NCBI GenBank assembly: GCA_965219445.1
Contig: CBDCNQ010000005.1
Coordinates: 1,376,001-1,440,000 of the forward strand
Direction of reading: 5' to 3'
Length of the DNA: 64,000 bases
Source of the DNA: Longimicrobiales bacterium
GTDB lineage: Bacteria > Gemmatimonadota > Gemmatimonadetes > Longimicrobiales > Gaopeijiaceae
Under the pieces are notes generated by a model. That model was given only the letters and a program-made list of their open reading frames with translations. It was not told the origin of the DNA and did no database searches. Each line of letters starts with the position of its first letter. The stretch's first letter is position 1. Both the position numbers and the translations under genes were made by a program. Below are positions 17,618 through 27,944 of the stretch, piece after piece.

Positions 17618-18651
17618 GGGACCAGAACCAGTTTGCCGAACACCTCACCCGCCTCTAAAAGCTCGTGCGCACGCCGGGCCTCCTCGAGCGGCAGAACCTC
17701 CTGGATGACGGGCACAAGACGTCCCTCGAACACGAGGTTCATGACCCGCCGGAAGTCCTCCGGAGGCCCCATGGTAGTCCCGAGGATGGAGAGTTGCTTC
17801 CAAAAGATTACACGAACGTCACTCGTGACCGCCGGCCCACCCGTACCGCCGTAGGAGACGAGTCGTCCCCCGACAGCGAGAGACCGAAGGCACCCCTCCC
17901 ACACGGGTTCGCCGACCGAGTCCACAATCAGATCGACTCCACGCTTCCCAGTTTCGCGCCACACTTCTCTCGAGAAATCCACCTCGAGACGATCATACGT
18001 GACGTCGGCACCGAGCGCCTCCACCCGCTCTACGTTGGCGGGACCGCTGGTCAGTGCATAAACGCGGGCCCCGGACAGCTTGGCGATCTGTATGGCCGCC
18101 GTGGATACGCCCCCGGACGCCCCCGTCACCAAGACCCTTTCACCAGGCTGCAGCCCACCCCGTCCCAACAGAGCATGCCACGCCGTCACAAACGTGAGCC
18201 CCGCCGCGGCCGCGGTCTCGAAGGATACGGCGTCCGGGATCTCGAGTAAGTTGGCAGCGGGGGCCACAAAGTACTCCGCAAAACCGCCCTGTGTGTGTTC
18301 GCCCAGGACGCTGAAGGTTTTGTCCTCCATCAGGAGACCACGGGGAGCGCCTTGGTACCACTCGTAGTTGAGGGACGGATCGACCACAACCCGGGTACCG
18401 ATCGCTACGCCTCCCACTCCCACTTCCACCCCCGTCCCCAAGGCGTCCACGACACCGGCGACGTCCGACCCCCCGATGTGTGGCATGGGGATTTCGAAGG
18501 GGAGGCCTCGGCGCGCCCAAAGATCCAGGTGATTGAGGGAGGCCGCTCGCACGGCGATCCGTACCTCGCCGAAACCCGGCTCCGGCACCTGGGCATCCGC
18601 GATGTGGATCACCTCGGGTCCACCGTGTTCAGAAAAGAGGGCCGCTCGCAT
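17614..18651 (-). CDS. Medium-chain (zinc-binding family) dehydrogenase/NADPH:quinone oxidoreductase
   Basis: ASLNHLD, PHIGGSDVAG, VLVTGASGGV, GKLVL. Confidence 0.9.
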   Translation of the reverse strand: MRAALFSEHGGPEVIHIADAQVPEPGFGEVRIAVRAASLNHLDLWARRGLPFEIPMPHIGGSDVAGVVDALGTGVEVGVGGVAIGTRVVVDPSLNYEWYQGAPRGLLMEDKTFSVLGEHTQGGFAEYFVAPAANLLEIPDAVSFETAAAAGLTFVTAWHALLGRGGLQPGERVLVTGASGGVSTAAIQIAKLSGARVYALTSGPANVERVEALGADVTYDRLEVDFSREVWRETGKRGVDLIVDSVGEPVWEGCLRSLAVGGRLVSYGGTGGPAVTSDVRVIFWKQLSILGTTMGPPEDFRRVMNLVFEGRLVPVIQEVLPLEEARRAHELLEAGEVFGKLVLVP

Positions 18652-18807
18652 TCTAGCTCCGTGGGAAGGGGGCGAGGAGGGAGGCGAAGAGTACCTTCCC
18701 GGCAGTCGACCCAGCAAGCGCCGAGGCTGTGCGGCCCCGCTCGTCTACCTTATCGTTCAAGACGACCTTCGACCCCCTCGGGGAACCAAGGAGCCTGTCC
18801 GAGTAGC

Positions 18808-19197
18808 ATGAAGGACCGAACGACCGCACCCAGAGCCTCTACGCCCAGGGGCGACGGCCCCGAGGGCTCCGATTCGCAGGACGCGCGCGACACGACGCTT
18901 GGGGGATATCTGGAAGTCCATGAACGCCCCCCGGGCTTTACAGGCTCGGACGGACAGCCGTATACCGCCTCTGTCGAGATCGAGTCTGTGGAGAACCTCG
19001 CCGCCCCGTACGTCGGTTTCCTGGTCTTCCCGCGATGGGCCGAAACGGGCCTCGGTATCGTGGGTCACCTGGAGACGCCCGTGTTGTGGGAGGGAAGGAG
19101 TCGGGGCGAAGTTCAGGACCGAATCCATGCGCTCCCTCTGGGCAACGTCAAGCGCCTGTTGGACGAGGCCATTCAGCGTAAGGAAGGGGACGACTGA
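18808..19197 (+). CDS. Hypothetical protein
   Basis: 129-aa ORF with AAGGAG upstream, co-oriented with queE. Confidence 0.7.
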   Translation: MKDRTTAPRASTPRGDGPEGSDSQDARDTTLGGYLEVHERPPGFTGSDGQPYTASVEIESVENLAAPYVGFLVFPRWAETGLGIVGHLETPVLWEGRSRGEVQDRIHALPLGNVKRLLDEAIQRKEGDD

Positions 19198-19200
19198 GCG

Positions 19201-19878
19201 ATGAGTACGGGCCAGGCTCCCTTCCTTCGAATCACCGAAATCTTTCACTCCATCCAGGGCGAATCAACGTGGTCGGGGTTGCCGTGCACATTCGTACGGC
19301 TGACCGGCTGCCCTCTCCGATGCGTGTGGTGCGACACGGAATACGCCTTCCATGGGGGCACGCCGCGAACCCTCGACGAAATCGTGGACGAAGTCCGCTC
19401 GATCGGGACATCACTGGTCGAGATCACCGGAGGAGAGCCCCTGTCGCACCCTAATGCCTTTGTACTCGCAAAGCGTCTGCTCGACGAGGGGTTCACGGTC
19501 CTCGTGGAGACGTCCGGAGCGTTCGACGTGGCCCCGCTCGACCCCCGGGCACACCGGATCATGGATCTCAAGTGCCCGGGAAGCGGAGAGAGCGACAAGA
19601 ACCTTTGGGAGAACCTGGACCACCTGACGGACCAGGACGAAGTGAAGTTCGTGGTGCTCGACCGGACGGACTACGAGTGGGCGAGGGACACAATCCGGGA
19701 GCGGGGCCTCGACCGCCGCCTGGAGGAAGGCACGCTCGGCGATCTCCTGATGTCACCGGTATGGGGCGCATGCGATCTCCTCGATCTGGCCGGCTGGATT
19801 CTCGAGGACCGACTTCCAGTCCGGCTCCAGACGCAGCTTCACAAACATATTTGGGAGCCGGACGCCCGGGGTGTTTGA
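19201..19878 (+). CDS. queE: 7-carboxy-7-deazaguanine synthase (radical SAM)
   Basis: EIFHSIQGE, FVRLTGCPLRCVWCDT, TGGEP, QLHK. Confidence 0.92.
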   Translation: MSTGQAPFLRITEIFHSIQGESTWSGLPCTFVRLTGCPLRCVWCDTEYAFHGGTPRTLDEIVDEVRSIGTSLVEITGGEPLSHPNAFVLAKRLLDEGFTVLVETSGAFDVAPLDPRAHRIMDLKCPGSGESDKNLWENLDHLTDQDEVKFVVLDRTDYEWARDTIRERGLDRRLEEGTLGDLLMSPVWGACDLLDLAGWILEDRLPVRLQTQLHKHIWEPDARGV

Positions 19879-20478
19879 ATGGAGATCCCAGACGCTCGGT
19901 TGCGTAGACTCGCTGACCGGCTCTCCGACCGGCCGGAGTGTGGGAGCGAGCCCGAACCGCTGGAGGGTCACACGGAGGCTGCCGTTTCACTGATCCTCCG
20001 GACGGGCGCCGACCTCGAGGTTCTCCTGATCAAGCGCGCCGAGTCGGAGCGAGATCCGTGGTCGGGGCATGTAGCGCTACCGGGTGGACGCAGAGACCCC
20101 GAAGACGCGAACCTCACACGGACCGCGATCCGGGAAGCCGCTGAGGAGACAGGGGTGGAGCTCTCCTCATCCGGATGGTCGCTCGGCCGCCTGGGGCAAG
20201 TCGTGCCGAGTCACCCGGCGCTGCCTCCCATCACCATCACGCCCTACGTGTTCGGCGTACCGGAAATGGTCGAGGCACACGCAAACTCGGCAGAGGTCGA
20301 TCGCGTACTCTGGGTAACAGTCCCCGTCCTGCTCAATCCGAAAACCCGCGGGATCACCACCATCGTCCTGCCGGAGGGCTCGGCGGACTTCCCCTGCTAC
20401 TGGGTGGACGGCCACGCGATCTGGGGCCTCACCTTCCGGATTCTATCAGAATTCGGTGAGCTCGCGGGTGCACTCTGA
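19879..20478 (+). CDS. Nudix hydrolase, CoA pyrophosphatase type
   Basis: WSGHVALPGG...AIREAAEETG Nudix box; IWGLT. Confidence 0.9.
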   Translation: MEIPDARLRRLADRLSDRPECGSEPEPLEGHTEAAVSLILRTGADLEVLLIKRAESERDPWSGHVALPGGRRDPEDANLTRTAIREAAEETGVELSSSGWSLGRLGQVVPSHPALPPITITPYVFGVPEMVEAHANSAEVDRVLWVTVPVLLNPKTRGITTIVLPEGSADFPCYWVDGHAIWGLTFRILSEFGELAGAL

Positions 20479-20504
20479 CGCGATTCGTCTAATGGGCCAG
20501 ATCG

Positions 20505-21587
20505 CTACTCGATCCATTCTGCGATGAACACGTTGGTCTCCCCCTCCTGAGCCTGACCCCGGTTCGAACCCCAGACCAGATAACGGCCATCCGGACTGAA
20601 CACAGGAAAGCCGTCGAATCCGGCCGTGAAGGTGATGCGCTCCTGCCCCGACCCATCCTCGTTGATCAAGTAGAGATCGAAGTCCCGCCCGGTCGGATCG
20701 TCCATGTTCGACGAGAAGATGATTTTCTCGCCCAAGGGGTGCCAAAACGGGCCGAAGTTCGCGGTACCGTTGTGCGTCACCTCCGTCTGATTCGACCCGT
20801 CAGCGTCCATCACGAAGATCTCGAGTTCACTCGGACGAATCAGCCCGTCAACCAGAAGAGAGGTGTAGTCCTCGATCTCTTCCGGAGTGGTGGGGCGATG
20901 GGCTCGGTACACGATCTTCGACCCGTCCGGAGAGTAGAACGGCCCCCCGTCGTAACCCACCGAGTCGGTGAGACGCAGTACATCGGAACCATCCGGCCTC
21001 ATCGAGTAGATATCGAGCTCCCCATCCCGCATCGACGTGAACACGATGCGATCGCCCACCGGAGAAAACGTCGCCTCCGCGTCGTAGCCGAACGAGTGCG
21101 TCAACTGCTGGAGGTTCGAGCCGTCGGCGTCGGCAACGAAGATGTCGAAGCTGGGGTATACTGCCCAAACGTATCCGCGTGAGAAATCAGGCACGGCCGG
21201 GCAGGCCGTATCGAAGTGGTGGGTCGAGGAGTAGAGTATCTTGTCGCCGGCTGGGTAATAATAGGAGCAAGTGGTTCGCCCCTGACCGGTGCTCAACAAC
21301 TCGACGTCGCTCCCGTCGAGCGACATAGTGTAGATTTGGTCGCATCCGCCGGCTCTGGGCGTGGACTGGAAGATCAGCTTGGTGCCGTCGAAGGAGAAAT
21401 ACGCTTCGGCGTTCTCACCCTCGAAGGTGAGTTGGCGTATGTTCCGGAGATGGACCTCCTGAACGGCAGCTGCGATCTGGACCGCAGGGGCGGTGCGGGC
21501 TTGATTCGTGGTGTCGGCCCCGGTGGTAGCGAACACGAGGAGTCCGGTGACGGTGACGGCCGCTCCCGGTTTCAAGAGTGAGGACAT
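20505..21587 (-). CDS. TolB-like PD40 beta-propeller protein
   Basis: GENAEAYFSFDG, repeated FSPDG/YDGG motifs; signal peptide. Confidence 0.88.
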   Translation of the reverse strand: MSSLLKPGAAVTVTGLLVFATTGADTTNQARTAPAVQIAAAVQEVHLRNIRQLTFEGENAEAYFSFDGTKLIFQSTPRAGGCDQIYTMSLDGSDVELLSTGQGRTTCSYYYPAGDKILYSSTHHFDTACPAVPDFSRGYVWAVYPSFDIFVADADGSNLQQLTHSFGYDAEATFSPVGDRIVFTSMRDGELDIYSMRPDGSDVLRLTDSVGYDGGPFYSPDGSKIVYRAHRPTTPEEIEDYTSLLVDGLIRPSELEIFVMDADGSNQTEVTHNGTANFGPFWHPLGEKIIFSSNMDDPTGRDFDLYLINEDGSGQERITFTAGFDGFPVFSPDGRYLVWGSNRGQAQEGETNVFIAEWIE

Positions 21588-21610
21588 GAAAAGTCTCCAG
21601 AGGATGATCG

Positions 21611-22089
21611 ATGTCTAGCGTATCGATGTCTAACGTACGGACCGTCTTCGCGGCGCTCGCAACCGGGCTCGCGCTCTCGAGCCCGGCAGGCCCTTCGTCC
21701 GCCCAGCAGATCCTCGACTGTCCAGACGTCGACGAGATCACGGAGGGCATGGACCCAACCCTCGCACACGTCCGCTACCTGGCTGACGACGCCCTCGAGG
21801 GCCGTGGAGCAGGAACGAGCGGTGCACGCTGCGCAGGACAGTACATCGCCGACCAGTTCGAGGCCATTGGCCTCGAAGGCGCCGGCCTGAGGGGAAGCTA
21901 CTTCCAGGGCTTTCCGATCCGCGCGGGCGCCGTCCTCGGCACAGGAAGCACACTCCGAACCCCGCAGACGACATTTACGCCTACACGTACGCGCTGCAAG
22001 ATCACGAGCCGGGCGATGCCGTCGAGATCGTCGTCCTGCGCGACGGGGAGCGGCTGACGTTAACGGCAGTGCTGGGGGACCGGCGGTAG
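21611..22089 (+). pseudogene. M28 peptidase-PA-PDZ gene with a large internal deletion
   Basis: N-terminus [17 protein letters not shown]...YFQGF, then after about 21965 in another frame the PDZ end [40 protein letters not shown]; catalytic domain absent. Confidence 0.85.
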
Positions 22090-22180
22090 TCGGGGGGGCC
22101 ATCCCGGATCCTAACCTATTGAATCCGTATCCCACGGTCGCCAGCTCGTTCTCCACTTTGTCCGAGTACAGGAGGATCCC

Positions 22181-23254
22181 GTGAAACATCTCACTCTCGT
22201 CGTCATGCTGACCGCGTTCGCCAACACTCCAGCGGTCGCGCAGCAATCCGCGCCGGAGATCCCTTTCGAGTCGGTTCCCCGCCCCCTTCGGTATTCGCCT
22301 GACATGAATCTCGGTGAGGTTCTCGGTGTGGCGGTGAACTCCGAGGGCCACATCGTGGTCTTGAACCACCCCGGTAGTGCAAACGCCGGCCCGATATGGA
22401 TGAACTCCACGACGCAGCTGCTCGAGTTCGACGAGGACGGCGACTTCGTGCGCGAGATCGGAAAGGGCGTCTATGGCATCGCATACGCTCACCAGGTTCG
22501 CTTCGACGAGGACGACAACCTGTGGGTCGTGGACAAGGCGGCGAATACCGTCATCAAGTTCGATCCGGACGGATACGTCACCATGAACCTGGGGCGCAGG
22601 GAAGAAGGCTATCACGGCATAGTGGAGCTCCCCACCCAGCAGGAGGCGAGGGCCTCCGGGGGTTTCTTCAACGGGCCGACGGACGTCGCGTGGGATCCGG
22701 ACGGCAACATCTTCGTGAGTGACGGCTACGTGAACTCCCGGATGGCGAAATTCGACAAGCACGGGAACTTCCTCATGGATTGGAGCTCTTTTGGTACGGA
22801 GATCGGCCAGCTGCGCCTACCCCACGCCATGGTGGTCGACAAGGCGGGCGACGTGTATGTGGCCGACCGATCCAACCGGCGTATTCAGGTCTTCGACTCC
22901 GACGGCAACTTCGAGCGTATGCTCCTGATGAACGTGCCTTATCCGGCCGACTACCAACCGCCCTTCAGCGCGATCAACCCGAACCGCCAACTTCCGGAGG
23001 CCACACAACCTTGGGCAATGTGCCTGACCGAGTCGTCCCCCCAGGAGCTCTGGGTGGCCGACCAGGAGCCTGGCCGTATCTACCGGATGACGCTCGAAGG
23101 TAAGATCCTCGGTTGGCTCGGCAGCGCAGGTCGGCAGCTGGGGCAGTTCAACTGGATTCACGGGTTGGACTGCTCACAGTTGGATGACGGCGTGCTTTGG
23201 GTTGCCGACATGAACAACTGGCGGGTGCAAAAGCTGCTCGTCGACCTGCACTGA
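22181..23254 (+). CDS. Secreted NHL-repeat protein, peptidyl-alpha-hydroxyglycine alpha-amidating lyase (PAL)-like
   Basis: YAHQVRFD, SDGYVNSR, LPHAMVVD, ADRSNRRIQVF, WIHGLDC. Confidence 0.85.
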   Translation: MKHLTLVVMLTAFANTPAVAQQSAPEIPFESVPRPLRYSPDMNLGEVLGVAVNSEGHIVVLNHPGSANAGPIWMNSTTQLLEFDEDGDFVREIGKGVYGIAYAHQVRFDEDDNLWVVDKAANTVIKFDPDGYVTMNLGRREEGYHGIVELPTQQEARASGGFFNGPTDVAWDPDGNIFVSDGYVNSRMAKFDKHGNFLMDWSSFGTEIGQLRLPHAMVVDKAGDVYVADRSNRRIQVFDSDGNFERMLLMNVPYPADYQPPFSAINPNRQLPEATQPWAMCLTESSPQELWVADQEPGRIYRMTLEGKILGWLGSAGRQLGQFNWIHGLDCSQLDDGVLWVADMNNWRVQKLLVDLH

Positions 23255-23281
23255 CTTCGGCTCTGGAGGTCGGTGGCTATG

Positions 23282-25801
23282 CTAGGCCAGCAGATCCAGC
23301 TGTCCGACCGATAGTGCTGCAGCTTCTTCCGTCTCGCTCTCGCTGCCCCCCGCCTCGGTCTCGCCGCCTCCCGTCTCGCCATACGCCCGCGTCACCTCCA
23401 GAACCCGGTCACCCGCGGCCGGATTGACCAGAGCACACCCCCGGGTTCGCCTTCCTCGGCACGGAATCTGATCGGCGTGAAGGCGCGTGACCGTCCCGCC
23501 CGCCATCACGACCATGACCTCGTCTCCCTCGAGCACCTCCAAGGCGGATACGAGGGGCGTCCCGTCTCCGGACGGGACCGCCCGCGTGCCTAGTCCACCA
23601 CGCTTCTGGAGCGGGAAGTCCCCCACCTCCGTGCGCTTTCCCTTCCCGTCCTCAGTGACGCTCAAGACCCAAGCGTCCCTACGGATGAGCAGCATCCCGA
23701 CAACGTAATCGTCGTCCTTGAGGTCGACGCCCTTCACCCCCTGTGCGGTACGTCCCAAAACAGAAAGATCGGATTCCGGAAATCGGATGGCCCTGCCGGC
23801 CTTGGTGATCAGCATGACCTCACCGTCACCCTCGGAGAGGCGCACGTCCACGATGCGGTCTCCATTCTTCAGGCTCGCCGCAATTACGCCCCCCGCACGT
23901 GGATGCGCGAACTCCGAGAGCTTGGTTCGTTTCATGAGGCCGTTTTTCGTGATAAATACGACGAACCGTTCCGCGGTTAGATCGTCCGTCGGCAATATCG
24001 TGACGATCGCGTCGCTGCGGTCAGCCTGGGTCAGCCCATAGATCGACTGTCCCCGGGACGCCCTTCCCCCCTCGGGTACATCCAGAACCGGAAGGAAGTG
24101 CAGATGCCCATTCTCGGTGAAGGCGAGTAACCAGCCCTGTGTGCGGGCCACCAGGACCCGTTCCAGATAGTCGGTCTCGAACCGCTCCATCCCCGCTAGC
24201 GCCTTCCCGGATGAGACCCGACGCCGGTAGAGGTGCATCGGAATTCGCTTCAAGAACCCCTCGTGGCTGAGGGTGATCACGGCGTCTTCATCGGCAACCG
24301 TGTTTTCCACCTTCATCTCTTCCGACCCGTCGCCTTCCAGAATGACCGTCCGTCGCGCATCCCCATACTTCTCAACGATCTCGTCCAGCTCCTCGAGCAT
24401 GACCTCCAGCTTTCGGGCCTCGCTCTTGAGGATGCCCTTCAGGTCCTTGATGATGGCCTTGAGCTCCTTGAGCCGCCCCCTGAGTTCGTTCTGCTCGAGC
24501 GCGGTCAGCTTGGCGAGCCGCATGTTGAGAATGGCGTCCGCTTGGATCTCGGAGAGTCCGAGCAGGTCTTGAAGCCTCTCGGAAGCCTCGGAACGATTCG
24601 CCGAACCTCGGATGATTCGGATGACCTCATCGATAGCGCCAAGTGCAGCCACCAAACCCTCCGCAACGTGCTTCTCCGCTTGCGCTTTTTCGAGGTCATG
24701 CTGCGACCGGCGCCGAATGACCTCGACGCGGTGATCCCTGAAACGCTCGAGAAGTTGAACCAGGGTGAACTCCTGCGGCTCGCCGTCGTCCAGGGCGATC
24801 ATGATGGCTCCGAACGTGCTTTGGAGGCTGGTCTTCTTCTGCAGCAACTTGATGACTTTGCCGGCCTTCGCGCCCCGTTTCAGCTCCACGACCAGCCGGA
24901 GCCCGTCCCGGTCCGATTCGTCCCTCATGTCAGCGATGTCCGGAGCTCCGCCTCGCCTCGCGAGGTCGGCGATCTGCCGGATGATCCGCGTCTTCGAAAC
25001 TGCGTATGGGAGCTCGGTAACGACGAGCTGGTCCTTCCCGGCCCGGAGCGCCTCCTTGACGATGCGGGCGCGCATGACGATCCGGCCCCGTCCGCTCTCA
25101 TACATTTGGCGAATCCCGTCACGCCCGACGACGAATCCACCCGTCGGGAAATCGGGGCCCGGAAGGTGCTTCATCAAGATGTCGAGAGTCGGATCGGGCT
25201 CCTCGATCATGGCTCTCAGAGCGCCGGCGACCTCCCTCAGGTTGTGGGGCGGCACGTTCGTGCTCAGCCCGACTGCGATCCCCGAGGACCCGTTGATCAG
25301 AAGGTTGGGCACCCGAGAGGGCAGAACGCTGGGCTCGCTACGTTGGCCATCGAAGTTCTCGACGAGATCCACCGTTTCCTTCTCGATGTCCGCGAGAATG
25401 TCCTCGGCAATCGGTGCTAGCTTGGCTTCCGTGTACCGGTATGCCGCTGCGGAGTCGCCGTCGATCGAGCCGAAGTTCCCTTGACCGTCCACAAGCGGAT
25501 AGCGAAGGGAAAAGTCTTGGACCATTCGGACGAGCGCGTCGTACACGGCCGTGTCGCCATGGGGGTGATACTTGCCCAGGACGTCACCCACCACGGTCGC
25601 ACTCTTCTTGTAAGGCCTGTCCGGCCTCAGTCCCGCGTCATGCATGGCGAAGAGGATGCGCCGGTGGACCGGTTTCAGCCCGTCCCGGACATCGGGAAGG
25701 GCTCTTTGGACAATCACGCTCATCGAGTAGTCGAGGAAGGATTCTCGCATCTCCTGCTCGATGAGCCTCGGCAGAATGCGCTCTCGCGTCTGGGCCGTCA
25801 T
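23282..25801 (-). CDS. Type IIA topoisomerase subunit A (GyrA/ParC family; probably ParC-like)
   Basis: [30 protein letters not shown] catalytic Tyr, C-terminal pinwheel repeats; no canonical GyrA-box. Confidence 0.93.
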   Translation of the reverse strand: MTAQTRERILPRLIEQEMRESFLDYSMSVIVQRALPDVRDGLKPVHRRILFAMHDAGLRPDRPYKKSATVVGDVLGKYHPHGDTAVYDALVRMVQDFSLRYPLVDGQGNFGSIDGDSAAAYRYTEAKLAPIAEDILADIEKETVDLVENFDGQRSEPSVLPSRVPNLLINGSSGIAVGLSTNVPPHNLREVAGALRAMIEEPDPTLDILMKHLPGPDFPTGGFVVGRDGIRQMYESGRGRIVMRARIVKEALRAGKDQLVVTELPYAVSKTRIIRQIADLARRGGAPDIADMRDESDRDGLRLVVELKRGAKAGKVIKLLQKKTSLQSTFGAIMIALDDGEPQEFTLVQLLERFRDHRVEVIRRRSQHDLEKAQAEKHVAEGLVAALGAIDEVIRIIRGSANRSEASERLQDLLGLSEIQADAILNMRLAKLTALEQNELRGRLKELKAIIKDLKGILKSEARKLEVMLEELDEIVEKYGDARRTVILEGDGSEEMKVENTVADEDAVITLSHEGFLKRIPMHLYRRRVSSGKALAGMERFETDYLERVLVARTQGWLLAFTENGHLHFLPVLDVPEGGRASRGQSIYGLTQADRSDAIVTILPTDDLTAERFVVFITKNGLMKRTKLSEFAHPRAGGVIAASLKNGDRIVDVRLSEGDGEVMLITKAGRAIRFPESDLSVLGRTAQGVKGVDLKDDDYVVGMLLIRRDAWVLSVTEDGKGKRTEVGDFPLQKRGGLGTRAVPSGDGTPLVSALEVLEGDEVMVVMAGGTVTRLHADQIPCRGRRTRGCALVNPAAGDRVLEVTRAYGETGGGETEAGGSESETEEAAALSVGQLDLLA

Positions 25802-25901
25802 TCCATCTCCCGGTGAACCGAATATATACCGAAAATCAGGGCATCTCGGCACGATGCTTCGCCTACGATCTCAGGATAGGTGGAGCAAAGCAAGCCGGGG
25901 C

Positions 25902-25942
25902 AAAAAAAGAGGAGCCGCCGTCCAAAAGAGACCCGCGGCTCC
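25902..25942 (-). terminator. Probable intrinsic terminator after the sigma/anti-sigma operon
   Basis: GGAGCCGC/GCGGCTCC stem followed on the minus strand by TCTTTTTTT. Confidence 0.55.
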
Positions 25943-25989
25943 CCGACTTCAAGTGATCCAGCGTTGGGATACCACACTAAAGTGTGGCG

Positions 25990-26346
25990 TCAGTCCAGCC
26001 CCCCATCCTCCGCAAGCGCCTTGCGCACCCGTTCCTTCAGGCTTTCCGACACTCGACCACCGTTCTGGGCCCGCCTCAGGGCCTCCAGGAAGTGCTTCTC
26101 GAACTGGACGCGAGGATAGCAGGCCTTGCAGATCTCCAAATGCGTGCGGACCTCCTCCTCCGACACAGCCTCGAGCTCACCGTCCAAGAACTCAAAGAGT
26201 CGGGCGCTGGCCTCCTCGCAGGAGATCATCGCGACGGCCGTTTCACCGGGCGGGCCGCTGCTCCCCGACGCATCCGTACCACCGGACCGGCCATCATCCT
26301 GGTTGGCGCCGCCCAACAACTGTTTCAACGATTCGAAGAATGACAC
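25990..26346 (-). CDS. Zinc-binding anti-sigma factor (ZAS, RsrA/RshA-like)
   Basis: CEEA...FLDGEL...HLEICKAC (HxxxCxxC). Confidence 0.9.
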   Translation of the reverse strand: MSFFESLKQLLGGANQDDGRSGGTDASGSSGPPGETAVAMISCEEASARLFEFLDGELEAVSEEEVRTHLEICKACYPRVQFEKHFLEALRRAQNGGRVSESLKERVRKALAEDGGLD

Positions 26347-26967
26347 CTAATCTTCTCCCGAGTCCAAAATGTATCCCATCTCGAGCGCATATTCATAGAG
26401 CCGGCGTTGAAGCTGACGGCGTCCACGAAAGAGCCGACTCTTTACCGTTCCGACCGGAATCCCCATGACCTCCGCAATCTCTCCATACGAGAGGTCCTCC
26501 AGGTCCGAAAGCACGACGACCATCCGATACTCCTCCGCCAACTCCTCTATCGCCTCCAAAACCTGATCATCGACGATGGACTGAAAGAACTCACCTTCGG
26601 GGTCGTCATCCCTGGATGCCGCGAACACCGGAGCCTCGCGGCTGATCGCTCGTGGATCGTCCTCCGCTGTCTCCCGGAGGATCGCGTCATGGCGCTGATC
26701 GCGTTCCCGCCTCCTCAGAAACACGTTCCTACAGATTGTAAATAACCAACTCTTACAGCGGGTTCCCGGTGCGTACTGCTCCCACGCACGGAAGGCGCGA
26801 AGGTAAGTGTCCTGCACGAGATCCTCTGCTTCGTCTCGAGCCCCGGATAGGCGCAAGGCGAATCTGTAGATCGCGTCCATGTGTGGGATCGCCTCTTGCG
26901 AAAAACTCGCCCCCTGTGAGTTGCGGTCGCCGGGCTGACCCTCACGCAATTCCGGCGGATCGGACAA
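26347..26967 (-). CDS. ECF RNA polymerase sigma factor (SigH/SigR-like)
   Basis: AEDLVQDTYLRA, SWLFTI, SYGEIAEVMGIPVGTVKSRLFRGR. Confidence 0.93.
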   Translation of the reverse strand: MSDPPELREGQPGDRNSQGASFSQEAIPHMDAIYRFALRLSGARDEAEDLVQDTYLRAFRAWEQYAPGTRCKSWLFTICRNVFLRRRERDQRHDAILRETAEDDPRAISREAPVFAASRDDDPEGEFFQSIVDDQVLEAIEELAEEYRMVVVLSDLEDLSYGEIAEVMGIPVGTVKSRLFRGRRQLQRRLYEYALEMGYILDSGED

Positions 26968-26969
26968 GA

Positions 26970-27392
26970 TCAGTCCGGAAAGGCGAAATCTCTTGCGAGC
27001 TCGTCCGTGGCAGGACCACCGGTGACCAATTCGACGAGCGCCTCCATCTCGAGGCCGACTTCGTACAGCCGAGCCTGAACAGAGAAGGCATGAGCGAAAT
27101 CGAAGTAAGCGGACACGGCAACTTCGTGTGCCGGATGATTCGTCGCCACCATGGACTCCATCTCGACTCGAAGCATCTCGACGATGATCGCCACGGCGTG
27201 GAGCGACGATCTTTGCTCGGCGAGAGTCTTCACCGAGAAGTCGCCGTCGAGCCGTGGCATGAGAGCCGCCACTCGTTCGCGCTCCTCCGGAGGCGCGGCG
27301 ATCACTCCGTGCTCGTGGGCATACGCCTCGAGAATCTGGCGCGCACCGGCCTTAAGGGCGGTCAGTTCTTCGAAGTTGCAGTGCACGATCAC
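26970..27392 (-). CDS. Hypothetical protein
   Basis: 140-aa ORF with GAGGAG RBS, in an operon with the ECF sigma. Confidence 0.75.
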   Translation of the reverse strand: MIVHCNFEELTALKAGARQILEAYAHEHGVIAAPPEERERVAALMPRLDGDFSVKTLAEQRSSLHAVAIIVEMLRVEMESMVATNHPAHEVAVSAYFDFAHAFSVQARLYEVGLEMEALVELVTGGPATDELARDFAFPD

Positions 27393-27493
27393 GCGATTCT
27401 CCTCGTGGCACGAAGTCCTACTGCTCTTCTACTTATTCGCTCCCACGTTTGTTTCTGCAAGTATGGCGTCTCTGGAAGGCTGTCAACAGCCTT

Positions 27494-27907
27494 CTAGGCG
27501 GCGGCTCCAGGCCCCTGCGGTCCTTCCACGGTCAACGGTAATGACACATGATGCTCCCCATCCACCTTCACGTCGAAGCTATATATACCGGGGCCTTTGA
27601 AGATCAGCCCGTCGAGATTGAGAATATGGGGAACACGGATGCCGTCTTGAGCGGCCAGTCCCCCGACCAACTGCATTTCTCCGTTCAGCGATAGTACTTC
27701 TGCGCCGCCCGGATCCGACATCCGAATGTGTACTTCATGAGAACCGATCTCCGAGGTCCCGGCAGTGAACCGCAAGACGAGTGTAATCCGTCCGTGCTGA
27801 GCAGGAAACTGCGACACGTCAATGCGATCAAGAATTCCGAGGATGCTCAGTTTCCCCGACGCATCAATGGTGGCCGCATCGGCCAGAAAAGCCACATCGA
27901 TCTCCAT
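27494..27907 (-). CDS. DUF6941-like beta-sandwich hypothetical protein
   Basis: FLADAA...GKLSILGI...FP...PGIYSF pattern. Confidence 0.7.
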   Translation of the reverse strand: MEIDVAFLADAATIDASGKLSILGILDRIDVSQFPAQHGRITLVLRFTAGTSEIGSHEVHIRMSDPGGAEVLSLNGEMQLVGGLAAQDGIRVPHILNLDGLIFKGPGIYSFDVKVDGEHHVSLPLTVEGPQGPGAAA

Positions 27908-27944
27908 CCTACCTCTCACGTTTTCGACACGAATCTGTATGCGT

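Noticed and set aside
12330..19878. queE/queG as a 7-deazaguanine DNA modification (dpd) system
   Set aside because: No dpdA/tgt-like or other dpd genes; the context is housekeeping tRNA modification.
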